This document shows, in pieces, positions 18,653 through 27,938 of a stretch of DNA of 64,000 nucleotides. Position numbers and translations under genes: made by a program. Source of the stretch: Patescibacteria group bacterium (lineage in GTDB: Bacteria; Patescibacteriota; Minisyncoccia; Phycocordibacterales; UBA1006); NCBI GenBank assembly GCA_020428585.1, contig JAGQMP010000005.1, forward strand, positions 6,152 to 70,151. Direction: 5' to 3'. The notes under the pieces were generated by a model. The model was not told where the DNA came from. It did no database searches and was given only the letters and a program-made list of their open reading frames with translations. Each line of letters starts with the position of its first letter. Position 1 is the stretch's first letter.

Positions 18653-19228
18653 ATGAATAGTAACTATGCTTCCTTTCCCGATCATGAACTAACTCTTATG
18701 GTCAGGAATGGTGATACTCGAGCCTTTGATCACTTGTTTTTTAGGCACCTTGGCACTGTTCTGACCAGACTGCGATCAGGTATAAATCGATACGAAATCG
18801 TCGAAGATCTCGTCCAAGAAACCTTCATTGAAGCCTTCGTCCAATTAACCCAAGGCAAGTTCAGAGGCGAATCAAAATTCTCGACCTGGATTACCCAAAT
18901 AGCCTTTCATAAGGGGGCTGATTATCTAAAGATAAAGTCCAGCAAACGACACCTTGTTCTGTGGAAAAATTTCTTAGGAACCTTTGAAAAGTTCGACGAA
19001 GAGCTGAACTACGAACAAGAATTTCAGTACAGGCTATCGTTGATTAAATCATCAATGAAAGCACTGGCACCTATTGATCGAAAGATTATTGATATGACCT
19101 ACCTTGAAGGTAAATCAAAAGAACAGGTGATGAAGACGCTCAATCTTAGCGATGGTAACTATCGCAAGAGGAAAAGTATGGCTATCAGCAAAATTAAAGA
19201 AACCCTAGGCGAAGCAAAAGTCGCCTAA
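18653..19228 (+). CDS. Sigma-70 family (ECF-like) RNA polymerase sigma factor
   Basis: Region 2 DLVQETFIEAFVQL. Region 4 IIDMTYLEGKSKEQVMKTLNLSDGNYRKRKSMAISKIKETL. Confidence 0.7.
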   Translation: MNSNYASFPDHELTLMVRNGDTRAFDHLFFRHLGTVLTRLRSGINRYEIVEDLVQETFIEAFVQLTQGKFRGESKFSTWITQIAFHKGADYLKIKSSKRHLVLWKNFLGTFEKFDEELNYEQEFQYRLSLIKSSMKALAPIDRKIIDMTYLEGKSKEQVMKTLNLSDGNYRKRKSMAISKIKETLGEAKVA

Positions 19229-19230
19229 AC

Positions 19231-19258
19231 AAAACCCCACCTGATAGGTGGGGTTTTT
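19231..19258. terminator. Bidirectional intrinsic terminator aaaaCCCCACCtgataGGTGGGGttttt, a sequence relative of the 18191 terminator
   Basis: Perfect hairpin with flanking A-run and T-run. Confidence 0.7.
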
Positions 19259-19273
19259 GATCTAAGAAGGAAC

Positions 19274-19885
19274 TTATTTTGGTTTTTGAATTGAGGTGAT
19301 TTCCATTGATTTAAGGATTTTTAGGAATTCTTTGTATTGCCTCTTGAGTGATTTGTTTTCATCAAGTGAGAAAGAGATGATGAATCGGTCATAATAATTT
19401 ACCCGCGATTGATCTTCACTAAGAAGTGGCATGTACGAGGTTAAGGTTCCCGGGGCTACCTCTTGGTATACCGTACCGAAAGCTTCGATCTCTTTTTTTA
19501 CATATAAGCTTTGTCCTAGCCATTCACCTACCTTTTGGTATTCGTCAGTCAAAGGAACAACTAGTTCATCTGGCTGAGGCGGCCACAAGCCCGCACCTGA
19601 GTCACCGGCTTGGTAAGGTGTGTCGTCGCCTTCTTTTTCGAAACGATAGTCAAAATCAACAAAAATATCTTCTTTTTCAGAGTCTCTAAATAAAGCAATC
19701 CCACCCAAATAACCTAAAGCAAATTCACCATCTGCAGTATCAGCAAAGTACTGGTCAGGATATTCAATCACTAGCCTGTGTTTTGTTTCTGATATATTTT
19801 GTTCAGCTGTTAATCTCTTACCATTGGTAAATAAAATTATACCGATAAGAATTAAAAGAGTTGGTAGAATTATTTTCTTTAACAT
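19274..19885 (-). CDS. Hypothetical exported protein (N-terminal signal/TM)
   Basis: MLKKIILPTLLILIGIILF hydrophobic N-terminus. No recognisable domain. Confidence 0.5.
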   Translation of the reverse strand: MLKKIILPTLLILIGIILFTNGKRLTAEQNISETKHRLVIEYPDQYFADTADGEFALGYLGGIALFRDSEKEDIFVDFDYRFEKEGDDTPYQAGDSGAGLWPPQPDELVVPLTDEYQKVGEWLGQSLYVKKEIEAFGTVYQEVAPGTLTSYMPLLSEDQSRVNYYDRFIISFSLDENKSLKRQYKEFLKILKSMEITSIQKPK

Positions 19886-19903
19886 AAGAATATTTTATCG
19901 CAT

Positions 19904-22900
19904 TTACTTATAAACCTCCATTGAGGTATTTCCAAATTCAACACAAGAATATCTAGATTCATCATGATCGCTAGACGATCTACATATATATTCTACACTT
20001 GATTTTCCTTGACCCTGGGATACGACGAGATAAGCCGTTTTTGCCCCATCAGCCGAGAAGGTCTGTCTGGATGTCTCTCCATCAATGGTAATATTTTTTG
20101 ACCTGTTTCGATTCCTTTTTGGATCATTTACCAAAAGGATGAATTCAGTATTTACCAAAACATCTTGTTGACCTCCTTCAACATTCACACGTATCTGTTT
20201 TTTATCTGGAATATCAGCATACCCAACCGCAACCATGATATGCCCTGGTTCACCAAACATAACCGGTCGATTTCTATCAATTGATGATTTAATCGTGGTG
20301 AATTTTTTAGCTGATCCTGGATCAAGGTGACGATACGACAAATCAATACTATCTTTCCCAAAATAATCCTCGTAGCCGCTGGTATAACCCAAAGCACAAC
20401 CTTCAAGCGAAGTCGTAGCAAAAGCTCCGTCGACTTCAAACCCTTGATAAGTACATGAATCGTCGAGGTTCTGCCCCTTGTCATTCCAAATAAATTCACG
20501 AAGGCCTTCATCGACTACTTCTCCATTAAAGGTGACGTTCTGGGACAGGTAACTCGGCAAGACGTCGTAATAACTAGCAATCATCACTGCGGAAGCCCCC
20601 GTACACATTGAGGTCCCGCCTTTCAGCGGTGAAGCAACCGATCCTGCAGTACCTAGGGGAACTGGTTCGCCATCTTTGTAGTACATTTGCTGTGGCAGAT
20701 ATGGTACATCGAGAATTTTTGCAGTAAGAATTTCTTCGGGAAGAGGTATGGAAACCTCTTCACCATTTTCATCTTTGACGGTTTTATCATCGCTAGGAAG
20801 TTTGATATTATATTCATCTACTAGTTGTTGAAGCTTGACGCTATCAACCACTTCGATAATGGTATTCCCGTATTCATCTGTGCTTACTTGAATAGCGTTT
20901 TGGCGCACCGATTCATCGATGAAGTCTTGCTGATCACGACGGAAAAGGTTTTTAAACCAATTCCACCCATCTTCGAACCAACCAACCACATCCTGGATAA
21001 AGGTTGTATCACCTTCAGATTCTTCAGTAGGTTCATCAGCTACAGGTTCTTCTTCTCCGACTTCCTCCTTCCCTTCAATCTCACCACAATTACTATCAAC
21101 GAAAGATGAAGTTCCAGGACCGAAGATACCATCGCTGGTGAGGTTGTTATCGGATTGGAATTCAGTTAGGGCTGCCTTGGTACCGTTCCCGAATATCCCA
21201 TCAATCGGTGGGCCGAGGTAGCCGAGGTCCCTCAAGAATATCTGCAATTTCACCACCGCCTCGCGATCGGAACTTCCCTTTCTGATACTTGGCTCTTCTG
21301 ATTGAATGTCGAGACAACTGTTTTCAAGGAGGTAAATGGGTTCTTCTTCGATTTCTTCTGGTGATTCTGGATCAGCTATTGGATCATTTTCAGTGTCGTC
21401 ATCAAGTTCGTCTTCATTATTATCAGTGTGTGACGATCCGCCGCCGGTGACTTCTTCTTCAATGGTGAAACTGCTTGAACCTGATAGATGCCCAGCTATG
21501 GCCGACAAAGTGTAAGTATCTGGTTCAAGATCAAAAACCAAAGAAAACTCGGCTGAACCGTCAATCATCTCTGCCTCGGTCGGACTGATATCTCGATCAT
21601 CAATAGCCAAGGTCAGTGTTCCTGTGTAATCAAAGTCATCAGCAAGGATACTTACCACGAGGTTCGTCGTCCCAAAAGGCAAACTGGTGTCGTGCTCTAG
21701 GCTAAAGTAATCGTCGTCAGATTCAGGATCGGTGACCTGAAAGGTATTCCCTTCACCTATTCGGTAATCATCTGAAACAACGATGTGGTAGGTTCCTGGC
21801 GAAACATCCAGTTCATCGATCGAAAAAGTTCCGTTGCCAGAGCTAAGAGAAAGACTGCCAAGGCTCGTTGAGGAATCATCAACAAGACTCAGATCCACCT
21901 CACCCGCATAATCAGGATTATAAGCGGCAACGCTAAATGATAATGGTTCAAGGCGAACAAGGTCATCAATATCAGAGACTTCGAAATAATTTTGTTCTTT
22001 TAATATATCAGGAATTGAAAGCCCGACATTGATTGATCGCGCCTCTTCACCATCAATATTCCAAAACCGCGTCATGCCAGAGGCGATGGTGTCTGATACA
22101 TCACTACTGGTCCCAGGATCAGCGCTAACCGACGTTCCCGTGACTGAACTTGTCACTACTTCACCAAGTGAAGATTCATCGTCCGCCATACGAAAGGAAT
22201 AGATCGCCAAAGGGTCACCCTCCCAAGCGAGACGCGTCGTGGTAGGTGACCATGTACCTTGGTTATCAACCGATCCATACAAGAACGGAGTTAGGTAGCG
22301 ACTAATTGATCCCTGATTTAATAAATCGCCAGTGAATGTAATATCTTCAGCGCTCGCAAGACTGCGCTCGCTTAATGAAGCGTCTTCTTTAATCCAGGTA
22401 AACAAAACATCGTTGGTATAACTGCGCATTTTGTGATTACCAGTTATAACAAGGTAGCGAGCGGTGATATTTCCAACCTGTAAGGTTTCTGTTGGATCAT
22501 TGACTCCAAACCAAACAATCCCGTTCGTGTCGAGGTCTCCTGAAAGGATATTCAACGATAGAACATTATCAGTGTCCGCAAAGGTAAGGGGAAAATCGTC
22601 CGTGATGAGAGTGTCGATCGAAGCACTATCAGATAAGGTAATCGGGGTCGCCAAGGTTACCGAAGTATCAAAAAATCCTGAAAGGGTGCGAACAACTTCC
22701 CCATTTAAGGTCAGATCCGACAACCATGTACCTTCATTACTAACCCCGCCATGAGCTATCACATCAATATATTGAAGAATCGTTCCTTGATTTATGAGAT
22801 CACCATACGTGTGAATCGTATAATTAGTACCAGAAGATTTCGGCCATAGAGAAGCACTTGGATGAATCATGATAGCATCATCTGCGCTAAGAGTATCATC

Positions 22901-23638
22901 GCGAAGGGTATGCGTGCCGTAGAAATTGATAGCCGTCGCACTAACATTACCGACTTGAGTCGTAGCGTCGCTACTATCATCCCCAAAATTGACGGTCGCG
23001 TTTGTACTAACATCGCCTGAAACTGTGGTGAGGTTGAGTGTCGCCTCAGACCCCTCGAAGGTAATCGCATAATGATTCGTAGTAAGAGAGGGCCAAAAGA
23101 TAATCGGACTCCCCGCAAGAGTGATCGGGGTTTCCAGGAAAACATTGATAGGAATAGTTCCATTAATAATTCGCGTTGATTCACCATTCAAACGCAGTTG
23201 ATTATTATTCCAGATTCCTAGTCCACCAATTGACCCAAGGGCAGTTGGTAAGACGTATTGGCCAACCGTTCCATCATTCAATAATCCACCCGTCACATCG
23301 AGGTCATAGGTAGTAAAACCGCTTCCATTTATTGTTGAGCCATTCGTTATATAAATCCCAGCAACCGTCGTATCAGATCGAAGTCTTACGAGTCCATTGA
23401 TTTCTACAACATCAGAGGATTCGGGAATTCTGCCTTCTTCCCAGGTAGTTACCTGGTCAAAAAATCCACCCTCAGCGACCGCGTGAAGGGTCGGTGATAC
23501 CGAAAAACCAGGGTCTTCTTGGGCAAAAGAGCTTTGCGTCAAAACATATAGACTTAAAATAGCTATAAAGAATAGATAATATAATTGTTGTCTGTATAGA
23601 TGGACAAACATAACCAAAATCATCATATCATTGCCCAT
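19904..23638 (-). CDS. Giant secreted surface protein (1244 aa): signal peptide, tandem ~150-aa N/T/G-rich repeats, acidic linker, peptidoglycan-binding-like domain, C-terminal C39-like cysteine peptidase domain
   Basis: Repeats GDLINQGTILQYIDVIAHGGVSNEGTW and GDLLNQGSISRYLTPFLYGSVDNQGTW. PG_binding_1-like LQIFLRDLGYLGPPIDGIFGNGTKAALTEFQ. C39_2-like SMCTGASAVMIASYYD ... GHIMVAVGY. Confidence 0.65.
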   Translation of the reverse strand: MGNDMMILVMFVHLYRQQLYYLFFIAILSLYVLTQSSFAQEDPGFSVSPTLHAVAEGGFFDQVTTWEEGRIPESSDVVEINGLVRLRSDTTVAGIYITNGSTINGSGFTTYDLDVTGGLLNDGTVGQYVLPTALGSIGGLGIWNNNQLRLNGESTRIINGTIPINVFLETPITLAGSPIIFWPSLTTNHYAITFEGSEATLNLTTVSGDVSTNATVNFGDDSSDATTQVGNVSATAINFYGTHTLRDDTLSADDAIMIHPSASLWPKSSGTNYTIHTYGDLINQGTILQYIDVIAHGGVSNEGTWLSDLTLNGEVVRTLSGFFDTSVTLATPITLSDSASIDTLITDDFPLTFADTDNVLSLNILSGDLDTNGIVWFGVNDPTETLQVGNITARYLVITGNHKMRSYTNDVLFTWIKEDASLSERSLASAEDITFTGDLLNQGSISRYLTPFLYGSVDNQGTWSPTTTRLAWEGDPLAIYSFRMADDESSLGEVVTSSVTGTSVSADPGTSSDVSDTIASGMTRFWNIDGEEARSINVGLSIPDILKEQNYFEVSDIDDLVRLEPLSFSVAAYNPDYAGEVDLSLVDDSSTSLGSLSLSSGNGTFSIDELDVSPGTYHIVVSDDYRIGEGNTFQVTDPESDDDYFSLEHDTSLPFGTTNLVVSILADDFDYTGTLTLAIDDRDISPTEAEMIDGSAEFSLVFDLEPDTYTLSAIAGHLSGSSSFTIEEEVTGGGSSHTDNNEDELDDDTENDPIADPESPEEIEEEPIYLLENSCLDIQSEEPSIRKGSSDREAVVKLQIFLRDLGYLGPPIDGIFGNGTKAALTEFQSDNNLTSDGIFGPGTSSFVDSNCGEIEGKEEVGEEEPVADEPTEESEGDTTFIQDVVGWFEDGWNWFKNLFRRDQQDFIDESVRQNAIQVSTDEYGNTIIEVVDSVKLQQLVDEYNIKLPSDDKTVKDENGEEVSIPLPEEILTAKILDVPYLPQQMYYKDGEPVPLGTAGSVASPLKGGTSMCTGASAVMIASYYDVLPSYLSQNVTFNGEVVDEGLREFIWNDKGQNLDDSCTYQGFEVDGAFATTSLEGCALGYTSGYEDYFGKDSIDLSYRHLDPGSAKKFTTIKSSIDRNRPVMFGEPGHIMVAVGYADIPDKKQIRVNVEGGQQDVLVNTEFILLVNDPKRNRNRSKNITIDGETSRQTFSADGAKTAYLVVSQGQGKSSVEYICRSSSDHDESRYSCVEFGNTSMEVYK

Positions 23639-23664
23639 TAATAATAGACAAGAAAAAAGCCCGA

Positions 23665-24054
23665 TTATACGGACTTTTTTTGTTGCGATTGTGCGAGCAT
23701 ATCAGATCTAACCGATCCAAGATTAGGAGCATCTGGGTCAATCTTTCGTTTAAACTGATGAAGGTCTATGGGGGGTAAGTTAATATTGAGGCGTCCATTT
23801 AAGTCATCCACGATCATATTGATCCAAGATTCAATGGTATTTAGATTTTCATTAAAACCTTGGTCTATGAGGGATTGCTCTTCTTTTGAATATTTTCTTT
23901 TTGATGGAATATCTCTGAGAGTTGTCTCGAAACTCGATAATACCAATTGAAATGAAGAAAATAATATCCTGCCGATTTTATCTCCTGGTGCCTGTAATAA
24001 ACATTCACGGTGATAACGGTCTATGTAGTAAGCTACCTCGTTTCTTTCGCTCAT
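23665..24054 (-). CDS. Hypothetical protein
   Basis: 129-aa ORF in the same orientation as its neighbours. No motif recognised. Confidence 0.4.
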   Translation of the reverse strand: MSERNEVAYYIDRYHRECLLQAPGDKIGRILFSSFQLVLSSFETTLRDIPSKRKYSKEEQSLIDQGFNENLNTIESWINMIVDDLNGRLNINLPPIDLHQFKRKIDPDAPNLGSVRSDMLAQSQQKKSV

Positions 24055-24148
24055 ATTCTTTTGTTTTAAAAGTTAAAAGTTCATCAACCACCATACTTCT
24101 ATCGGGAAGAGTCGTCAAATAAAAAAACACCTTGTCCGAGGTGATTTC

Positions 24149-24715
24149 TTAATTCACAATCACATGAATCGCGTCGATGATGTTCGTCGGGATCGCGTTG
24201 TGTTGGAACAGGGTCGCGCAGAGTCCTTCGGGTTCTTCATCAACATCGACAAAGAGAAAGGCGCTCTTGCCGACAAAGTCGACGCTGGTGACGGTAAGGT
24301 TGTCTTCGTCATAGTCTGGAAAATCAACATCGTCATCTTCCCCGTCAACTTCTTGGTCGACACATCCATCAAGACCAATCTCGGCGATGTTCTTGAGGTA
24401 ATAAAAGCCAAGAGTGAATGGTGCCGTTACCGCATTGATCGCCTGAGCAGCGTAAGAGGTAGTGGCAGTTCCACCTCGCGAAGAAGCACCTGACGACGAA
24501 CCTGCTTGTGCGTTTGAGGTTGCGTTCGAGAACGATTCAACGTACGGGTAATCGAGGGTGACTTCTTCACCGTTGATAATCTCGGTACGTGGGCTTGGTG
24601 CATCCGCGTCATTGCGGCGTTGCCCTTGGTTGATAAGGTAGATCCCAATGATAACAAGAATAATGGCAGCAATAATGGTTCCGATATGTTTCTTCATATG
24701 CTTTGAATATACCAT
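24149..24715 (-). CDS. Hypothetical membrane-anchored protein with acidic C-terminal region
   Basis: TM IGTIIAAIILVIIGIYLI. S/G/T-rich linker. The start may be the internal MKKHIG. Confidence 0.45.
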   Translation of the reverse strand: MVYSKHMKKHIGTIIAAIILVIIGIYLINQGQRRNDADAPSPRTEIINGEEVTLDYPYVESFSNATSNAQAGSSSGASSRGGTATTSYAAQAINAVTAPFTLGFYYLKNIAEIGLDGCVDQEVDGEDDDVDFPDYDEDNLTVTSVDFVGKSAFLFVDVDEEPEGLCATLFQHNAIPTNIIDAIHVIVN

Positions 24716-24752
24716 TTTAAGTTCAAATTACAAGTTCTCTTCTATCATCCCA

Positions 24753-24784
24753 TCATTCTTAAATTCGTACGAATTTAAGAATGA
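24753..24784. repeat. Perfect 32-bp palindrome TCATTCTTAAATTCGTACGAATTTAAGAATGA
   Basis: Checked by hand as exactly self-complementary. Confidence 0.8.
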
Positions 24785-24802
24785 TTTCCTTGTCTCACCA
24801 AA

Positions 24803-24844
24803 ATGATCTGTTCTACTATTCGATCGAATAGTAGAACAGATCAT
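24803..24844. repeat. Perfect 42-bp palindrome ATGATCTGTTCTACTATTCGATCGAATAGTAGAACAGATCAT
   Basis: Checked by hand as exactly self-complementary. Confidence 0.8.
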
Positions 24845-24849
24845 CGCAA

Positions 24850-24876
24850 TAAAAAACCCTTTGTGATGAGGGTTTT
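24850..24876 (-). terminator. Intrinsic terminator downstream of leuS (aaaccct-ttgtgatga-gggtttt)
   Basis: Hairpin with flanking A/T runs immediately after the leuS stop. Confidence 0.55.
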
Positions 24877-27800
24877 AAACTATAACTAAACTGATTGCCT
24901 TGCCAGGGATATAGATAAATTTCTTTACTTCCTTCCCTTCGGTCCATTTCACCACTTCAGGTAGTGCCATCACCCGGTCGCGAAGGGTGTCCTCGTCTTC
25001 ATCATCTGAGACAATAATTTCGGCACGGACCTTACCGTTAATTTGTATGCCGATAGTCGTACTCTCATTCATAATCAATGACGTATCGGCAACGGGCCAA
25101 TCAGCGAGGTGGACCGAGGTATCGTACCCACCCGCTGTCTGCCACCATTCTTCGACGAGGTGAGGTGCAAACGGTGCGATCAATCGAGCCAAAATTTCAT
25201 AACTATTTTTACTTATCCCGCCAGCTTTCTCAGCGTCATTCACAAAGATCATCAAGGTCGAGATCGCCGTGTTTAATTTAAGGCGATCAATATCATCCGT
25301 GACCTTGAGGATAGTTTTATGCAAGGCAGAGGTTACCTGGTCTGATTCGGTATCAACGATATGTTCAGATAAGCGCCAGAATCGTTCAAGGAACCTACGA
25401 ATACCAACGACTCCGTTCGGATCCCAAGGATAACTACCTGGTTCATTAAAGGGACCGATAAAGGCCAGGTACATGCGTACCGTATCTGCGCCGACATGAC
25501 TGACAACTTCGTCAGGATCAATGACGTTGCCTTTTGATTTTGACATCTTGTTCCCATCAGGGCCGAGAATCAATCCGCGATTGAGGCGTCCTTGATAGGG
25601 TTCATCATGGGACACCAAACCTAATCGATAAAGCGCCTTCACCCAGAATCGACTGTATAAGAGGTGCATCGTCGTGTGTTCTGCCCCGCCAAAGTACATC
25701 GACACCGGCATCCAAGCATCTATCGCTTCTTTCGACGCAAAAACATCTTCGTTTTGGTTATCAAGGTAACGATAAAAATACCATGATGAATCAACAAAGG
25801 TATCCATGGTGTCCACCTCGGGTGTCCAACCTTTACCAAAGATTTCTTCGGTTCTCTTCTTCAATTCCTCTGATCGGGCAAGAGGTGCAGTACCGTCAGG
25901 AGTGTGGTCGACATCCTCGGGAAGTAACCACGGCAGATGTTCATCGGGCACCAGGTGTGGGGTGCCTTCAGGATCATAGACAACCGGAATCGGGCATCCC
26001 CAGTAACGCTGCCGTGAAATACCCCAATCGCGAATACGATAGGTGGTGGTTAATGCTCCACTAACTACATCGGTAATATTTCGACGTGCGTCTTCTGAAG
26101 TTTGGGTGTTGAAATCTGGCGAGTTAATGAGTTTACCTTCAAAAGTACACGAGAACCGCTTACCTTTCGGAAGGTATCCGTCAGCACATTCACCCAAGAG
26201 GTCGTACATCGCATTCCATTCAGCATTGATTTGAGATTGCCCTTTTTCTTCGGTTGCACCTGCTGAGAGGATAAACGCGTTTTCGCCTGTGGTAATCAGC
26301 TGCCTTGAATTCCCCACTGGTCCTGCCGACGGTAGTACTACAAAACGAAACGGTAAATCGTATTTCAAGGCAAACTCGCAATCACGTTCGTCATGCGCTG
26401 GCACGGCCATAACCGCACCAGTTCCCACATTCGGAAGAACGTAATCGCCAATCCATATTGGAATTGGCTGTCCGGTTGCTGGGTTTACTGCTTCGACCCC
26501 TTTTAACTCGACGCCATTTTTTTCCTTTGATTGTTGTCGGTCGAGATCTGATTTTTTAGACACCTCGGTGAGGTACGCATCAAGCTCATCACTATTGGCG
26601 ATGCGATTTTTTAATGAAGTTACAAGAGTGTGTTCAGGTGCCAGGACGAGGTAGGTTGCGCCAAACAAGGTATCAGCACGGGTCGTGAATACCTGTACTT
26701 GATCGAGAGTATCTTCACCCGAAACCACTCGCCATGGATAACGCATATCTTCACGTTTCAAAAAATCATTCACCTCGGCACGTGGTACCCATACGAATTC
26801 TGCGATGGCTTGTTCCTCGGCTGAGGATTCTTCCCTCTCCAGATCCTTTAGTTTTACGTGAACGATACGATAGTTCGCTTTGCGGTTTTGTTCTTTGACG
26901 ACATGCCAAAACAACCCGTGCGATGAACGGTCGTAGGCCTGTACGATTTCTGGGTTCTGATATCCGGTTTCCTCGCGTACTTCTTCCAAGGCGGTTTCTT
27001 CTGGAGTCTTGCCTTCATCAATGCCGCCAGTGACAAATCCCTGCCAATCCACCTGTTTCCATTTGGCACACAAAAATTCATCCTTGTCAGGGTGTTCAAT
27101 AATCACAACGACGTTGTCACGTTCGACGATTGGTTGACCTTCACGAAAGGCGTCATCCCCTGGACCTGTGTTTACATCGTAAGTTTCAGTTTCACGAATC
27201 GTAAAAGGAATCAGGCTACCCTCTTTTCGTCCGACCCATTCACGCTGGGCCTGTTTAATCGAATCATCCCACGGAAGTTTTTCAAGATCATCCACCAAAG
27301 CGTCGGCAAAATCGGTGATCTTCATCATCCATTGCGGCATGTCTTTTTGAATCACCTGGTTACCACAACGTTCGCAAGCACCTGCAACCACCTGTTCGTT
27401 GGCGAGAATCGTTTTATCGTGTTCACACCAGTTCACCTTAGTCACATCACGGTAGACGAGGCCGTTCTCGAAAAACCGGGCAAACATCCACTGGGTCCAC
27501 CGGTAGTACGATGGGTCACAGGTCGCCAAGGTTCGAGACCAATCAAAACTCGCCCCCATCGATGTGAGCTGTTTTTTCATATAATCCATGTTTTCGTAGG
27601 TCCACTTGTTAGGATCGAGGTCGCGTTTGATCGCCGCGTTTTCAGCTGGTAAGCCAAAGGCGTCAAATCCCATCGGATACAAAACATTGTAACCCTGCAT
27701 TCGTTTGAATCGAGCGTAGATATCAGGCACGGCAAAGGCGTACCAATGGCCCACATGGAGGTTTCCCGATGGATAGGCAAATTCAGACAGGGCGTAGAAG

Positions 27801-27907
27801 TTTTCCTTGCCTGCTACCTGGTTTTCCGTGCGGTAGGTCTGGTTCTCCCGCCACCAATCCTGCCATTTTTTCTCAATTTTCTGAGCGTCAAATCCCTTGT
27901 TATTCAT
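24875..27907 (-). CDS. leuS: Leucyl-tRNA synthetase carrying a ~165-aa inserted Nudix-like domain between the catalytic core and the CP1 editing domain
   Basis: HIGH-type HVGHWY. KMSKS. Editing-domain entry VFTTRADTLFGATYLVLAPEH. Insert (aa ~236-400) contains the Nudix-box-like GGIDEGKTPEETALEEVREETGY. Confidence 0.9.
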   Translation of the reverse strand: MNNKGFDAQKIEKKWQDWWRENQTYRTENQVAGKENFYALSEFAYPSGNLHVGHWYAFAVPDIYARFKRMQGYNVLYPMGFDAFGLPAENAAIKRDLDPNKWTYENMDYMKKQLTSMGASFDWSRTLATCDPSYYRWTQWMFARFFENGLVYRDVTKVNWCEHDKTILANEQVVAGACERCGNQVIQKDMPQWMMKITDFADALVDDLEKLPWDDSIKQAQREWVGRKEGSLIPFTIRETETYDVNTGPGDDAFREGQPIVERDNVVVIIEHPDKDEFLCAKWKQVDWQGFVTGGIDEGKTPEETALEEVREETGYQNPEIVQAYDRSSHGLFWHVVKEQNRKANYRIVHVKLKDLEREESSAEEQAIAEFVWVPRAEVNDFLKREDMRYPWRVVSGEDTLDQVQVFTTRADTLFGATYLVLAPEHTLVTSLKNRIANSDELDAYLTEVSKKSDLDRQQSKEKNGVELKGVEAVNPATGQPIPIWIGDYVLPNVGTGAVMAVPAHDERDCEFALKYDLPFRFVVLPSAGPVGNSRQLITTGENAFILSAGATEEKGQSQINAEWNAMYDLLGECADGYLPKGKRFSCTFEGKLINSPDFNTQTSEDARRNITDVVSGALTTTYRIRDWGISRQRYWGCPIPVVYDPEGTPHLVPDEHLPWLLPEDVDHTPDGTAPLARSEELKKRTEEIFGKGWTPEVDTMDTFVDSSWYFYRYLDNQNEDVFASKEAIDAWMPVSMYFGGAEHTTMHLLYSRFWVKALYRLGLVSHDEPYQGRLNRGLILGPDGNKMSKSKGNVIDPDEVVSHVGADTVRMYLAFIGPFNEPGSYPWDPNGVVGIRRFLERFWRLSEHIVDTESDQVTSALHKTILKVTDDIDRLKLNTAISTLMIFVNDAEKAGGISKNSYEILARLIAPFAPHLVEEWWQTAGGYDTSVHLADWPVADTSLIMNESTTIGIQINGKVRAEIIVSDDEDEDTLRDRVMALPEVVKWTEGKEVKKFIYIPGKAISLVIV

Positions 27908-27938
27908 AGCTTCTATACTACCTGAAGGGGTGGTTTTT

